Positions 1 through 9,496 of a stretch of 64,000 nt of DNA are shown here, piece after piece. The DNA lies in assembly GCA_002336805.1 (NCBI GenBank), contig DDEZ01000011.1:130228-194227 (forward strand), in the 5' to 3' direction. This DNA comes from Bacteroidetes bacterium UBA1941. Its GTDB lineage: Bacteria > Bacteroidota > Bacteroidia > Chitinophagales > LD1. The translations under genes were made by a program, and so were the position numbers. Positions within the stretch are counted from its first letter, which is position 1; every line of letters starts with the position of its first letter. The notes beneath the pieces were generated by a model that worked only from the letters and a program-made list of their open reading frames with translations, had not been told where the DNA came from and made no database searches.

Positions 1-68
1 AAGGTTCTTTGCAGCCAATGACCGAAAAGTAGTTTGAATAGACAGGCATTAGACCTACTTTCACATAC

Positions 69-1991
69 ATGAAGTATCTCAGGGGGATAGGAGTCTCTAT
101 CGTCGTCATCTGTGTCATTCTGGTAGCTGGTTTCTTCCTGTTTCGCGGCAGGCTGCTACAGGTAGCGCTGGGCAGGGTAGAGGCACGTATGCAGGACAGG
201 TACCATGCCTCTCTCTCCGTATCCTCTGCAGCCTTCACCGGGCTGAGCCATGTGTTGGTACAGGGCATCACGCTCGTACCCGAGGGGCAGGATACGCTGG
301 CCCGCATAGAGGAAGCCGATGTAGATGTAGCCATACTTCCCCTGCTGCGCGGGCGTGCTGACTTTGACGGGCTGCGGGTCAGGGGGGCAGATATCCGCAT
401 CTACCATACACCGGAGAGGGATAATATTTCACCATTTCGCAAGGCGCAGACTCCTGCTGCCAGTGGCGATGAGGCTGTGGCTAGCTTCCGCGAGAGATGG
501 ACGGGATTGCAGTCCCGGCTGCTCAAGGTGCTGGGTACAGACCTGATGGCAGATGATATCAGGATAAGCTATCAGGATACTCTGCGGCAGGAGGAGGTGC
601 TGATACCACATTTCTTTATGACTCAGCGTGACCTGACCGGTGTGCTGATAGATGAGGTGCATGGTGATACCATGGTACTCTCTGGCCGCGTGATCAGGAA
701 GAAGCAAGAATATGAAGTGGAGGTAAAGCACATGAGCCACGATACGGCTTATTTGCCGTTTCTCGATGCTGACAGGGGGCTGAGGTGCAGGTTTGGGTAC
801 CTGAAGGCTGACGTAAAATTTGATGAGAAAGGAGACAATGCTATCATCACGGTCAATGCTGCTGCGCGGGACTTTCACCTGCACCACTGGCGCCTGGCCA
901 ATGAGGATGTGGTCCTGCCGGATGCGTCCTTCTCCGGCCTGCTACGCATCAGCGATGATGCTGTAGAACTGGATTCTGCGTCTACAGTGCGTCTGGCCCA
1001 CGCTTCCTACGGCCTCTTTGCACGCTATGATCTGAAGCCTGATACTACGCTGGCGCTGCATATCCGTATGGCGGAGACACCGGCAGATAGCTTTTTTCAG
1101 TCATTGCCCCATGGTATGTTTGGGACGCTGCAGGGCATCTCCTGCAGAGGATCACTCAGGTACGACCTCGACTTTCTGATACATACTAATAACCCGGACT
1201 CCCTGCTGTTTAACTCGGCCCTGACCAAGAAAGATCTACAGATCGTCCACTACGGTGCAGAAAACTATGCGCGCATCAATGGCGACTTCGTCTACGATGC
1301 CTATGATAAAGACAAACTGGTAAGGCGTATCACTATAGGTCCGGAGAATCCATTTTTCACCCGGCTGGATCAGATGTCTCCCTACCTGCCGCAGGCTGTC
1401 CTACAGGCCGAAGATCCTTTCTTTATGCATCACCGTGGTTTCCTGCAGGAATCATTTCGAGAATCGATAGCCAAGAACTATAAGGAGCATCGTTTTGCCC
1501 GTGGTGGCAGCACCATCAGTATGCAGCTGGTGAAGAATGTCTACCTGAGCAGGGACAAGACCATTTCGCGCAAAGCGGAAGAAGCGCTCATCGTGTACCT
1601 GATAGAAAATCTCGGCCTGGTGCCCAAGGAGCGCATGCTGGAGGTATACCTGAATGCGATAGAGTGGGGGCCCAATGTGTATGGCATAGGCGAGGCGGCG
1701 CATTTCTATTTCAATAAGCGGCCAGCCCAGCTCACGCTGCAGGAGAGCCTTTTCCTGGCCAGCATTATCCCGCGGCCCAAGTCATTTGCCTGGCAGTTTG
1801 ACCATCAGGGGCAGCTACGATTTTCCCTGAGCAACTACTTTAAAATATTGACGGAACGTATGGTGATACGCAATGTGCTCTCGCCTGAGGATACCATAGG
1901 TCTAAAAGCAGAAGTAACGCTCCTGGGTCCCGCCCGGCGGATGGTGATGCCGGCAGACAGCCTGCCACAAGAACCTGGCGAGGACGACTAA
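69..1991 (+). CDS. Membrane-anchored protein with a long AsmA-like N-terminal region and a C-terminal GT51 peptidoglycan glycosyltransferase domain (monofunctional)
   Basis: 640-aa ORF with an N-terminal TM helix. C-terminal motifs EDPFFMHHRGF and RGGSTISMQLVKN are typical of GT51 transglycosylases. No transpeptidase module. Confidence 0.75.
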   Translation: MKYLRGIGVSIVVICVILVAGFFLFRGRLLQVALGRVEARMQDRYHASLSVSSAAFTGLSHVLVQGITLVPEGQDTLARIEEADVDVAILPLLRGRADFDGLRVRGADIRIYHTPERDNISPFRKAQTPAASGDEAVASFRERWTGLQSRLLKVLGTDLMADDIRISYQDTLRQEEVLIPHFFMTQRDLTGVLIDEVHGDTMVLSGRVIRKKQEYEVEVKHMSHDTAYLPFLDADRGLRCRFGYLKADVKFDEKGDNAIITVNAAARDFHLHHWRLANEDVVLPDASFSGLLRISDDAVELDSASTVRLAHASYGLFARYDLKPDTTLALHIRMAETPADSFFQSLPHGMFGTLQGISCRGSLRYDLDFLIHTNNPDSLLFNSALTKKDLQIVHYGAENYARINGDFVYDAYDKDKLVRRITIGPENPFFTRLDQMSPYLPQAVLQAEDPFFMHHRGFLQESFRESIAKNYKEHRFARGGSTISMQLVKNVYLSRDKTISRKAEEALIVYLIENLGLVPKERMLEVYLNAIEWGPNVYGIGEAAHFYFNKRPAQLTLQESLFLASIIPRPKSFAWQFDHQGQLRFSLSNYFKILTERMVIRNVLSPEDTIGLKAEVTLLGPARRMVMPADSLPQEPGEDD

Positions 1992-2072
1992 GGCCAAATA
2001 CTGAGATAGAGGACTTTACAGATAGGTAATCAAAAACTAAGCTAAAATACCGGTGGGCTTTGCTTTAATCAG

Positions 2073-2080
2073 TAGCTTTG
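2073..2080 (+). promoter_or_regulatory. Bacteroidota-type -7 promoter box (TAnnTTTG)
   Basis: Exact TAGCTTTG, 21 nt upstream of the desaturase ATG at 2102. Confidence 0.4.
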
Positions 2081-2101
2081 TGATATAATTCACCTGAAGT
2101 A

Positions 2102-3139
2102 ATGTCTCAATCTTTCAACGCCGAGCAGGTGCTCGCAGATTTCAAGAACTGGAATCAACAGTTAAAAAAGTATCAAGTACCCAACACGCGAAAGGCAGTA
2201 GTACAGATCCTCAATAGCTTTTCTTTTTATATCGGCTTATGGATATTGCAGTTCTGGCTGTATGACAAGTCTGCTGTCTTTACCGTATTGATCGCTGCGC
2301 TGAATGGTTTGCTGCTGGGCAGGATCTTTATCATCCAGCATGACTGCGGTCACCGTTCCTTCACCCGCAGCAAGCTGGCTAACGATATCATAGGCACTGT
2401 ATCGAGCGCTTTCACCGTGATACCGTATAAGTACTGGGCCAAATCCCATGACTTTCACCATGCGCATAATGGTCAGCTGGAGGTGAGCGATATCGGTGAT
2501 GTAGAAGTCCTCACCACAGAGCAGTACAATGCGCTCAGTACATGGGGCAAGGTACGCTACCGGGTCTATCGCAGCCCGTTTTATCTTTTCACCATCGGGG
2601 GCTTTTTCTACGTTGTATTGTATAACAGGTTCGCCTTTTTGCGCGAGGGTGGTTTTGCCAAGGTGAAGAAGAGCGTGACGATCAGCAATGTGGCATTTGT
2701 GGTGCTCTACCTGGCTTTAGGTTTTTTCCTGGGGTACAAGAAATTCCTCCTTGTGCAGTTTGCTAACCTCTTCTTCTTTGGCACGTACGCGCTGTGGTTC
2801 TTTTACATCCAGCATCAGTATGAGAATATCTACAAGAACAGCAAGGAGAACTGGAACTACGTACTGTCAGCTATCAAAGGCAGTACCTACTACAGGCTAC
2901 CGTACGTAGGCCACTGGCTCACCGGCAATATAGGCTACCATCATATCCACCATCTGTGCCCTACTATCCCAAACTATCACCTGCGTGCCTGCCACAAGAA
3001 TATGCCGGTATTTGAGAAGCATGTGAATGCGCTCAGCTTCTGGCAGAGCCTGAAGACGGTGAACGCCAACCTCTGGGATGCACAGGAGATGCGTATGATC
3101 TCCTTTACCGAAAACAGGCGCCGCAGGGACGGACGCTAG
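2102..3139 (+). CDS. Membrane fatty acid desaturase
   Basis: 345 aa. Three histidine boxes (HDCGH, HDFHHAH, HHIHH) plus hydrophobic spans. Confidence 0.85.
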   Translation: MSQSFNAEQVLADFKNWNQQLKKYQVPNTRKAVVQILNSFSFYIGLWILQFWLYDKSAVFTVLIAALNGLLLGRIFIIQHDCGHRSFTRSKLANDIIGTVSSAFTVIPYKYWAKSHDFHHAHNGQLEVSDIGDVEVLTTEQYNALSTWGKVRYRVYRSPFYLFTIGGFFYVVLYNRFAFLREGGFAKVKKSVTISNVAFVVLYLALGFFLGYKKFLLVQFANLFFFGTYALWFFYIQHQYENIYKNSKENWNYVLSAIKGSTYYRLPYVGHWLTGNIGYHHIHHLCPTIPNYHLRACHKNMPVFEKHVNALSFWQSLKTVNANLWDAQEMRMISFTENRRRRDGR

Positions 3140-3190
3140 CCCACAGTTGGGTAGGCCTGTTTTGGCATAGAAAGTGCGGAGCCATTTATC

Positions 3191-3592
3191 ATGCCGTCAC
3201 TTCTCACACAGATAGCTTGGCTCTTCCTGCTCGCTATACCCATAGCCTGCGTGGCATGGACGGTGACGCATGAGGAGATATTCCGGGAGCCGCGGGAGTA
3301 CTGTATAGGCCGCTCTCAAAACTGCAAGACCATCTGGGCCCGCAAATTTTTCTACCTCTTCACCTGCGAGTATTGTTTCAGCCACTATGTGACCCTGGGA
3401 GCTGTGGCTATCACGGGATTTAAGCTACTGATAGATGACTGGAGGGGCTATTTGATAGCCGGCTTTGCGCTGGTGTGGATAGCCAATCTGTATATGAGCC
3501 TGCATGCCCTGATACGCACCAGCCTGAAGGCCGAAGGCCTGGAAGCCAAACTGGAGGAGAAGATGCTGGAGAAAGAATCCGATAAGGATTAA
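3191..3592 (+). CDS. Small integral membrane protein of unknown function (possibly DUF1360-like)
   Basis: 133 aa with 3-4 hydrophobic helices and a CEYC motif. Co-oriented just downstream of the desaturase. No confident family. Confidence 0.5.
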   Translation: MPSLLTQIAWLFLLAIPIACVAWTVTHEEIFREPREYCIGRSQNCKTIWARKFFYLFTCEYCFSHYVTLGAVAITGFKLLIDDWRGYLIAGFALVWIANLYMSLHALIRTSLKAEGLEAKLEEKMLEKESDKD

Positions 3593-4329
3593 GCCGTTGT
3601 GATGAGCGGCCAGGCACTCTTGATCAGCACAGTGATGCCTACTGCCAGTATGAGCAGCAGTACGATGCGGCGAAAATTTTCCTGTTCTATTTTCTGGAGT
3701 AGTATTTTGCCGATATAGGATCCCACCACAGATACTAATATGAGTGCTATGATCAGCTGATAGCCGGCCTGGCTCACATAGCCGCTCTCTGTATAGATCA
3801 CCGCCCTGCTCACATCTACCCCCAGGTCTATAGCTGCAGAGGTACCTACAAAGAGGTTTTTCTCCAGGTCATATGCTGCCATACACAGGCCACGCACCGC
3901 ACCGCCCGTGCCCACAAATCCTGCCAGAAACCCTGCCAGGCCACCACCTACAGTACTGGTAGTCAATGAGGGGCGCAGGTGGAAAGACGGCCGCGCCAGC
4001 AGCGTAGCGCTGAAGGTGATCAAGAAAATGCCTAGTACCAGCTGGTCAAACCGGAAAGAAATGACAGTAGTGAGCCAGGCACCGATGATAACGAAAACCA
4101 CACTCGGGATGCCAAAGGCCAGTGTGACGCGCCAGTCTATGTGGCGGCGGAATAGGACGAGTTTGCTGATATTGCTGAATACATGGAAGATGGCCGTGAT
4201 ACCGAGCACCGTCTTCATGTCAAAAAAGAATCCTGCGATAGGCACGAAGAACATGGAAGACCCAAAGCCCCCGATGGTGCCTATGACCTCAGCGATCAGC
4301 GCCAGTAGTGTAAACAGGATGATATTCAT
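3589..4329 (-). CDS. TauE/SafE family sulfite/anion exporter
   Basis: 246-aa polytopic membrane protein with the Gly-rich repeated halves characteristic of TauE/SafE. Confidence 0.8.
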   Translation of the reverse strand: MNIILFTLLALIAEVIGTIGGFGSSMFFVPIAGFFFDMKTVLGITAIFHVFSNISKLVLFRRHIDWRVTLAFGIPSVVFVIIGAWLTTVISFRFDQLVLGIFLITFSATLLARPSFHLRPSLTTSTVGGGLAGFLAGFVGTGGAVRGLCMAAYDLEKNLFVGTSAAIDLGVDVSRAVIYTESGYVSQAGYQLIIALILVSVVGSYIGKILLQKIEQENFRRIVLLLILAVGITVLIKSAWPLITTA

Positions 4330-4406
4330 AATGGTAGGCTAATATCGGTAATATTAATATCAAGCTGATGAGCGATGTCATGAGAAGGGATGATAGAGAT
4401 AGCAAC

Positions 4407-4543
4407 AAAAAAGCCGTCCTTACGGGGACGGCTGCACACCATGATGTGATGATATAGTTAGTGGGGTGATATGCACACTGGCTCAGGACTTACTGCTTCC
4501 CGCCGCGGAGAGACCGACCTGACAAATGATAGCACAGATCACC
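4407..4543 (-). ncRNA. Terminator-ended small structured RNA, possibly signal recognition particle (4.5S/ffs-like) RNA
   Basis: The minus strand carries GTCAGGTC (4523-4516) and GGAAGCAG (4500-4493), resembling the SRP helix-8 core. The 5' GGTGAT (4543-4538) pairs with ATCACC (4470-4465). It ends in an 8-bp hairpin AGCCGTCC/GGACGGCT followed by T6 (4433-4407). No ORF. Confidence 0.45.
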
Positions 4544-4698
4544 TGGAGTAGATATTTCTGATATAGCCTGATATGATTTACTGATGGAAAAATAACAGCA
4601 GCCTGTTTAGTGATTAAACGTGGAGAAAGCTTGATTTAGTATGCGTTTACGGCTAATAAAATAAAACTACATTAGCTTTCAGAAAATCAGACGATACA

Positions 4699-5844
4699 AT
4701 GAAATTTGGTACTAAAGCTATACACGCAGGCGCAGAGCCCGATCCATCTACAGGAGCTATCATGACTCCTATCTACCAGACCTCTACCTATGTGCAGGAG
4801 AGCCCCGGCACGCATAAGGGATATGCCTACGCCCGCGGCAAAAACCCTACCCGTGTAGCGCTGGAGAAAAACCTGGCCGCACTGGAAGATGCCAAACATT
4901 GCCTGTGCTTCGCATCAGGTATGGGAGCTACGGATGCGGTGATAAAAATGCTGAGGCCGGGAGACGAGGTGATCACCGGAGATGACCTGTATGGTGGCTC
5001 CTACAGGATATTTACAAAGGTCTTTGCCAACTATGGGATCAAGTTTCATTTTATCAATCTGACAGATGCCGATAACATCAGGAAGTATATCAATGCCAAT
5101 ACAAAACTGATATGGGTAGAAACACCTACTAATCCTACCATGCAGATAGTAGATATAGCTGCCTGCTCGGCCATAGCCAGGGAGCATCAGCTGACGCTCT
5201 GCGTGGATAATACATTTGCCTCGCCATACCTGCAGAATCCGCTCGCACTGGGTGCAGATATCGTGATGCACTCTGTGACCAAATACCTGGGCGGGCACAG
5301 CGATGTGGTGATGGGAGCACTCATGACCAATGATGATAAGCTGCATGCCGACCTTGCTTTTATCCTAAACTCCTGCGGAGCCAATCCCGGCCCAATGGAT
5401 TCATTCCTCGTGATGCGTGGTGTCAAGACGCTGCACCTGCGTATGGAGCGCCACTGCTACAATGGCCGCAAGATCGCTGAGTTTCTCAAGACGCATCCCC
5501 GCATAGAGAAAATATACTGGCCGGGTTTTGAAGACCATCCGAATCACGCTATCGCCAGGAAGCAGATGCGCGATTTTGGTGGTATGATCTCTATCGTGCT
5601 CCGTGGCGCCTCGCTGGAGGAGACTTTCCGTGTGGCATCATCATTCCATGTATTCTCTCTGGCAGAGTCACTGGGCGGCGTAGAGTCTCTGATCAATCAT
5701 CCTGTCACCATGACCCACGCGTCTATCCCTAAAGAAGAGCGCGAGAGGGTAGGAGTGGTAGACAACCTGCTGCGTCTCTCTGTAGGTGTGGAGGATGTAG
5801 AGGATCTGATAGAAGATCTGAAACAGGCGCTGGAGACAAAGTAA
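4699..5844 (+). CDS. PLP-dependent Cys/Met metabolism enzyme (cystathionine gamma-synthase / beta- or gamma-lyase family)
   Basis: 381 aa. The family-typical segment HSVTKYLGGHSDV contains the PLP lysine. Overall collinear with MetB/MetC/CGL. Confidence 0.85.
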   Translation: MKFGTKAIHAGAEPDPSTGAIMTPIYQTSTYVQESPGTHKGYAYARGKNPTRVALEKNLAALEDAKHCLCFASGMGATDAVIKMLRPGDEVITGDDLYGGSYRIFTKVFANYGIKFHFINLTDADNIRKYINANTKLIWVETPTNPTMQIVDIAACSAIAREHQLTLCVDNTFASPYLQNPLALGADIVMHSVTKYLGGHSDVVMGALMTNDDKLHADLAFILNSCGANPGPMDSFLVMRGVKTLHLRMERHCYNGRKIAEFLKTHPRIEKIYWPGFEDHPNHAIARKQMRDFGGMISIVLRGASLEETFRVASSFHVFSLAESLGGVESLINHPVTMTHASIPKEERERVGVVDNLLRLSVGVEDVEDLIEDLKQALETK

Positions 5845-6635
5845 TGGCCCAAGAGAAGAAGCTGAGCCGCGAGGCAGTCTATGAGCTGCTGGAGCAGAAG
5901 TACAAACAATATAACCAGGCCGCCTTTATAAAGGATGATCCGGTACTGATACCACATCGCTATAGCAAGAAGCAGGATATAGAGATAGCGGGCTTTTTTG
6001 CCGCTACGCTCGCATGGGGCCAGCGTGTCACCATTATCAGAAATACGACCCGCATACTAGAGCTGATGGATAATAGTCCGCATGATTTTATATTGCACCA
6101 TGAGGACAAAGACCTGAAGCGATTTCTGGGTTTTGTACATCGCACTTTCAACGATACAGACCTGCTCTACTTTATCGAGTTTTTCAAATGGTTTTATAGT
6201 AGTCACGATTCCCTGGAGCGGGCTTTTACCGGCTCCATGTCTCAGACTGACATTCACACAGAAAAAGCGCTGATCGGTTTTCAGGAGTTATTCTTCTCGC
6301 TGGAGGACTATCCGCACAGGACCAGAAAACATATCTCCTCACCGGCCAGGAAGTCTACCTGCAAGCGCCTCAATATGTACCTGCGCTGGATGGTGCGGAG
6401 GGATAAGCGCGGTGTGGACTTTGGTATCTGGCGCCATATCAAACCTTCGCAGCTTTTGATACCACTGGATGTGCATGTAGACAGGCATGCCCGAGGATTG
6501 GGCTTGCTGAAACGCAAACAGACTGACTGGCAGGCTGTGCTGGAGCTGACCGAAAATCTGAGAGGCTTTGATCCTGTAGATCCGGTCAAATATGACTTCG
6601 CGCTTTTCGGTATGGGTGTGCTGGACAAGCAATAG
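5844..6635 (+). CDS. TIGR02757/DUF2400 family conserved hypothetical protein
   Basis: 263 aa. The N-terminal pattern (DPVLIPHRY..KQDIEIAGF..A.LAWGQR) is recalled from this family. Its ATG overlaps the upstream stop (TAATG). Confidence 0.6.
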   Translation: MAQEKKLSREAVYELLEQKYKQYNQAAFIKDDPVLIPHRYSKKQDIEIAGFFAATLAWGQRVTIIRNTTRILELMDNSPHDFILHHEDKDLKRFLGFVHRTFNDTDLLYFIEFFKWFYSSHDSLERAFTGSMSQTDIHTEKALIGFQELFFSLEDYPHRTRKHISSPARKSTCKRLNMYLRWMVRRDKRGVDFGIWRHIKPSQLLIPLDVHVDRHARGLGLLKRKQTDWQAVLELTENLRGFDPVDPVKYDFALFGMGVLDKQ

Positions 6636-6742
6636 CAACGATGGCCACCGTGCCTGAATGTTAAAAGATAATTTTAACGGCTTAACCTATTGGTCATATT
6701 ATTTTTTTACTAGCTTTAATAGGCACAAAAAAATCTCCGATC

Positions 6743-8014
6743 ATGAAACAAGCTTACATCGTTTGTATTTGCCTTTTGACCTTTGCGCTGTCTTCTTTTT
6801 ATTCTTCTGCCCAGTGTAATAATGGCCGCTACCGGGATAAGATATTCGGCGTATCTACCAATGTGCAGCAGCAGTATGGCTCTGCGCCTAAATATGATGG
6901 TAGCAATCAGGATCTCTACATGGATATCTTCCAGCCATCGGGAGATAACTTTGCACGCCGCCCGCTGATCATACTCGCATTTGGCGGTAGCTTCACATCA
7001 GGTGTGCGTCAGAGCCCGGACATACTGCAGCTCTGTAACGATTTTGCAAAGCGTGGCTTTGTGACCGCTACCATAGACTATCGTATCGGCAAGGAGAACG
7101 GAGACGACTCTGCGATGTATAAAGCCGTACTGCGCGGCATACAGGATATGAACGGAGCTGTGCGCTATTTTTACAAAGACGTATATACTAATAACAGGTA
7201 CCGCATAGATACTAACCAGATCTATATAGGCGGTACCTCAGCAGGTGCTTTCATCGGGCTCAATAAGGCCTATCAGAACCTGAATGTATATTCCCGCCCG
7301 GTGCCATTTGATTTCCTCCTGGCTTTTGGTGCTGTAGGCGGAGCTGATGGCTTTAATAACCCTGGCTACAACTCAAACGTAAAGGGAGTGATAGACCTCT
7401 GTGGCGCCGTATTTGACACTGTATGGCTGCAGCAGGGCGGCCCTATGCTGGTGGGTGTGCATGGTACTGCCGATAATACGGTCTCTTTCTACTATGATAG
7501 TGCACTAGGCGCACAGGATATCAAGAAGCGTTTCTACGGCGGCGGAGATATCATCAATCGTATGAACCATATTGGTAGTGGTTTCACCGGGTATATTTAT
7601 CCGTTTTATGGCGCTGACCACGCTCCATTCGTTTTGCCTATACCGCTCGTACCACCGGCATCGAAGTATATGGATACTACCATACAGGTCTTGCAGGATT
7701 TCCTATATGCGCATACGGACTGCGACTCGACCCGCGTAGGGCAGACGGGTATACTGGATCCGGACTACCATATATCGGTCTCTGCACTGCCCAATCCGGC
7801 GGATGATGTCCTGACCATCTACTCGCATGAAGCGGAGGAGCTGCAGGTGCAGATATATAGCGTAGATGGCAAACTGATGCAGTCCTTTGACCTGGCTGCA
7901 AATGGCAGGCACTACGTGCGAAAAAGCGAGCTAAGCGCAGGCATGTATATCCTGCAGTATTATGACAAGACAGGCGCGGTCAAACTCCGATCGGAAAAAA
8001 TAGTTTTTGAATAA
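6743..8014 (+). CDS. Secreted alpha/beta-hydrolase (esterase) with a T9SS C-terminal sorting domain
   Basis: Signal peptide. GxSxG nucleophile elbow (GGTSAGA). The C-terminal ~80 aa (LPNPADDVLTIY...YILQYYD) matches the T9SS type A CTD pattern. Confidence 0.75.
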   Translation: MKQAYIVCICLLTFALSSFYSSAQCNNGRYRDKIFGVSTNVQQQYGSAPKYDGSNQDLYMDIFQPSGDNFARRPLIILAFGGSFTSGVRQSPDILQLCNDFAKRGFVTATIDYRIGKENGDDSAMYKAVLRGIQDMNGAVRYFYKDVYTNNRYRIDTNQIYIGGTSAGAFIGLNKAYQNLNVYSRPVPFDFLLAFGAVGGADGFNNPGYNSNVKGVIDLCGAVFDTVWLQQGGPMLVGVHGTADNTVSFYYDSALGAQDIKKRFYGGGDIINRMNHIGSGFTGYIYPFYGADHAPFVLPIPLVPPASKYMDTTIQVLQDFLYAHTDCDSTRVGQTGILDPDYHISVSALPNPADDVLTIYSHEAEELQVQIYSVDGKLMQSFDLAANGRHYVRKSELSAGMYILQYYDKTGAVKLRSEKIVFE

Positions 8015-8022
8015 AGAATAAG

Positions 8023-8046
8023 CAAAGCCCTCTACTGAGGGCTTTG
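8023..8046. terminator. Bidirectional intrinsic terminator hairpin
   Basis: CAAAGCCCT/AGGGCTTTG 9-bp stem, flanked by an A-rich run on one side and a T-rich run on the other. Lies between convergent genes ending at 8014 and 8047. Confidence 0.6.
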
Positions 8047-8373
8047 TTATTTCAGCTTTTCATTATTGCGGTGGCGCTCGCTGTCGCGCTTTGTTTTCTT
8101 GTCTATATTCTTCTCCAGCGCTGTGGTCAGATCTACTCCGGTCTGATTGGCCAGGCAGAGCAGGATCCATAGCACGTCTGCCATCTCATCTGCCAGGTCT
8201 ACGTCCTTGTCAGATTCTTTGAAAGACTGTTCGCCATATTTGCGCGCCATGATGCGTGCCACCTCACCGACCTCCTCCATCAGTATGGCTGTATTGGTCA
8301 GTTCATTGAAGTAGCGGACACCCGTCGTCGTGATCCACTTATCTACTGTCTCCTGAGCTTCTTTGATCGTCAT
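8047..8373 (-). CDS. MazG-like nucleotide pyrophosphohydrolase domain protein
   Basis: 108 aa with the EExGE...E..D acidic helix motifs (MEEVGEVARI, LADEMADVLW). Confidence 0.8.
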   Translation of the reverse strand: MTIKEAQETVDKWITTTGVRYFNELTNTAILMEEVGEVARIMARKYGEQSFKESDKDVDLADEMADVLWILLCLANQTGVDLTTALEKNIDKKTKRDSERHRNNEKLK

Positions 8374-8996
8374 GGCTTTGTGTTTTTTCTTTTATCCATT
8401 TCATCGGCTATCCTTGAGGCATCATATGCCTTCATCTCGCGCAGATGATCTATGATATTGTGGTAGCTTGCCTCGTTTCTATTCTGGCTGAGCTTACTCA
8501 CTGCCTCTATTTTGTCTACCTGTATCTCGAGGCCTACCAGGCCGTGCAGATCCTTGTCCAGCAGTGTGCGGGGGAGCTCATCATAACTCAGGGGCTGCGA
8601 GGCATGCGCCGACTCGTACCGGCTCATCAGCTGGCGGAGAATCTCTTCCAGTTGCTTGCCCTCTACGATAGTGGCACGGCCATGGAGATGCACTGCCTGA
8701 TAGTTCCACGTAGGTACATTGGCCTGATCGTACCACGAGGGGGAGATATAGCTGTGTGGCCCCATGAAAACAGCCAGCACCTCAGGCTGCCCGGCCAGTG
8801 TCCTCCACTGCGGATTGGCACGGGCTATATGGCCGTATAGCCTCCACTGATCGCCCGTCACTACCAGCTCCAGCGGGATGTGCGTAGCCCATGGCCTGCC
8901 ATCTACTACGGACATCAGCGTGGCAAACCCAAACTCGCGCACGAGCGCCTCTGCTGCCGCCATATCCTTCTCCTCAAAATGCGGGGGTATATACAT
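8370..8996 (-). CDS. FMN-binding negative transcriptional regulator, PaiB family
   Basis: 208 aa. N-terminus MYIPPHFEE... and overall PaiB-like pattern. 4-nt overlap with the downstream MazG gene. Confidence 0.75.
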   Translation of the reverse strand: MYIPPHFEEKDMAAAEALVREFGFATLMSVVDGRPWATHIPLELVVTGDQWRLYGHIARANPQWRTLAGQPEVLAVFMGPHSYISPSWYDQANVPTWNYQAVHLHGRATIVEGKQLEEILRQLMSRYESAHASQPLSYDELPRTLLDKDLHGLVGLEIQVDKIEAVSKLSQNRNEASYHNIIDHLREMKAYDASRIADEMDKRKNTKP

Positions 8997-8998
8997 AC

Positions 8999-9451
8999 TT
9001 ATTCTTTGTGGCGGGAGTCTATGTGTATCGTGACCGGGCCGTCATTGATGAGGGCTACTTTCATATCAGCGCCAAACTCGCCTGTGCCTACATTTTTGCC
9101 CAGCTCGCGCGATACGAGGAAGACAAATTTCTCATACAGTGGGATGGCCTTATCCGGCTTTGCAGCACGGATGAAAGATGGGCGGTTACCCTTTTTGGTC
9201 AGGGCATATAGTGTAAACTGTGATATAACGATGATGTCTCCATTTATATCTTTTACAGACAGATTCATCAGTCCATTTTCATCGGAGAAAATGCGGAGGT
9301 TCACCAGCTTGGCAGCCATCCACTCCAGGTCCTCTATGGTGTCTTCTTCTTCAAATCCCGCCAGCACGAGCAGGCCACGGCCCATGGCAGACTTGATATG
9401 TCCCTCTATAGTCACACTGGCCTCAGAGGCCCGCTGGATGATGACACGCAT
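8999..9451 (-). CDS. dtd: D-aminoacyl-tRNA deacylase
   Basis: 150 aa. MRVIIQR..ASV...G, SQFTLYA and GADMKV..INDGPVT motifs. Confidence 0.9.
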   Translation of the reverse strand: MRVIIQRASEASVTIEGHIKSAMGRGLLVLAGFEEEDTIEDLEWMAAKLVNLRIFSDENGLMNLSVKDINGDIIVISQFTLYALTKKGNRPSFIRAAKPDKAIPLYEKFVFLVSRELGKNVGTGEFGADMKVALINDGPVTIHIDSRHKE

Positions 9452-9496
9452 GGATGTGTTTTAGTCGCAGGTATTTCGTGAATATAATGCTTCGGT

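Noticed and set aside
4330-4698. Possible SAM riboswitch upstream of the Cys/Met-metabolism PLP enzyme
   Set aside because: I looked on the plus strand for the SAM-I core (CUUAUCAAGAG...GAGGGA...GCAACC...AGAUGAG) and found nothing similar. The only structured element here is on the minus strand (the SRP-like RNA). A covariance-model scan would settle this.
8880-9464. 194-aa plus-strand ORF antisense to dtd and paiB
   Set aside because: It spans two confidently called minus-strand genes and has no motifs, so it is a shadow ORF.
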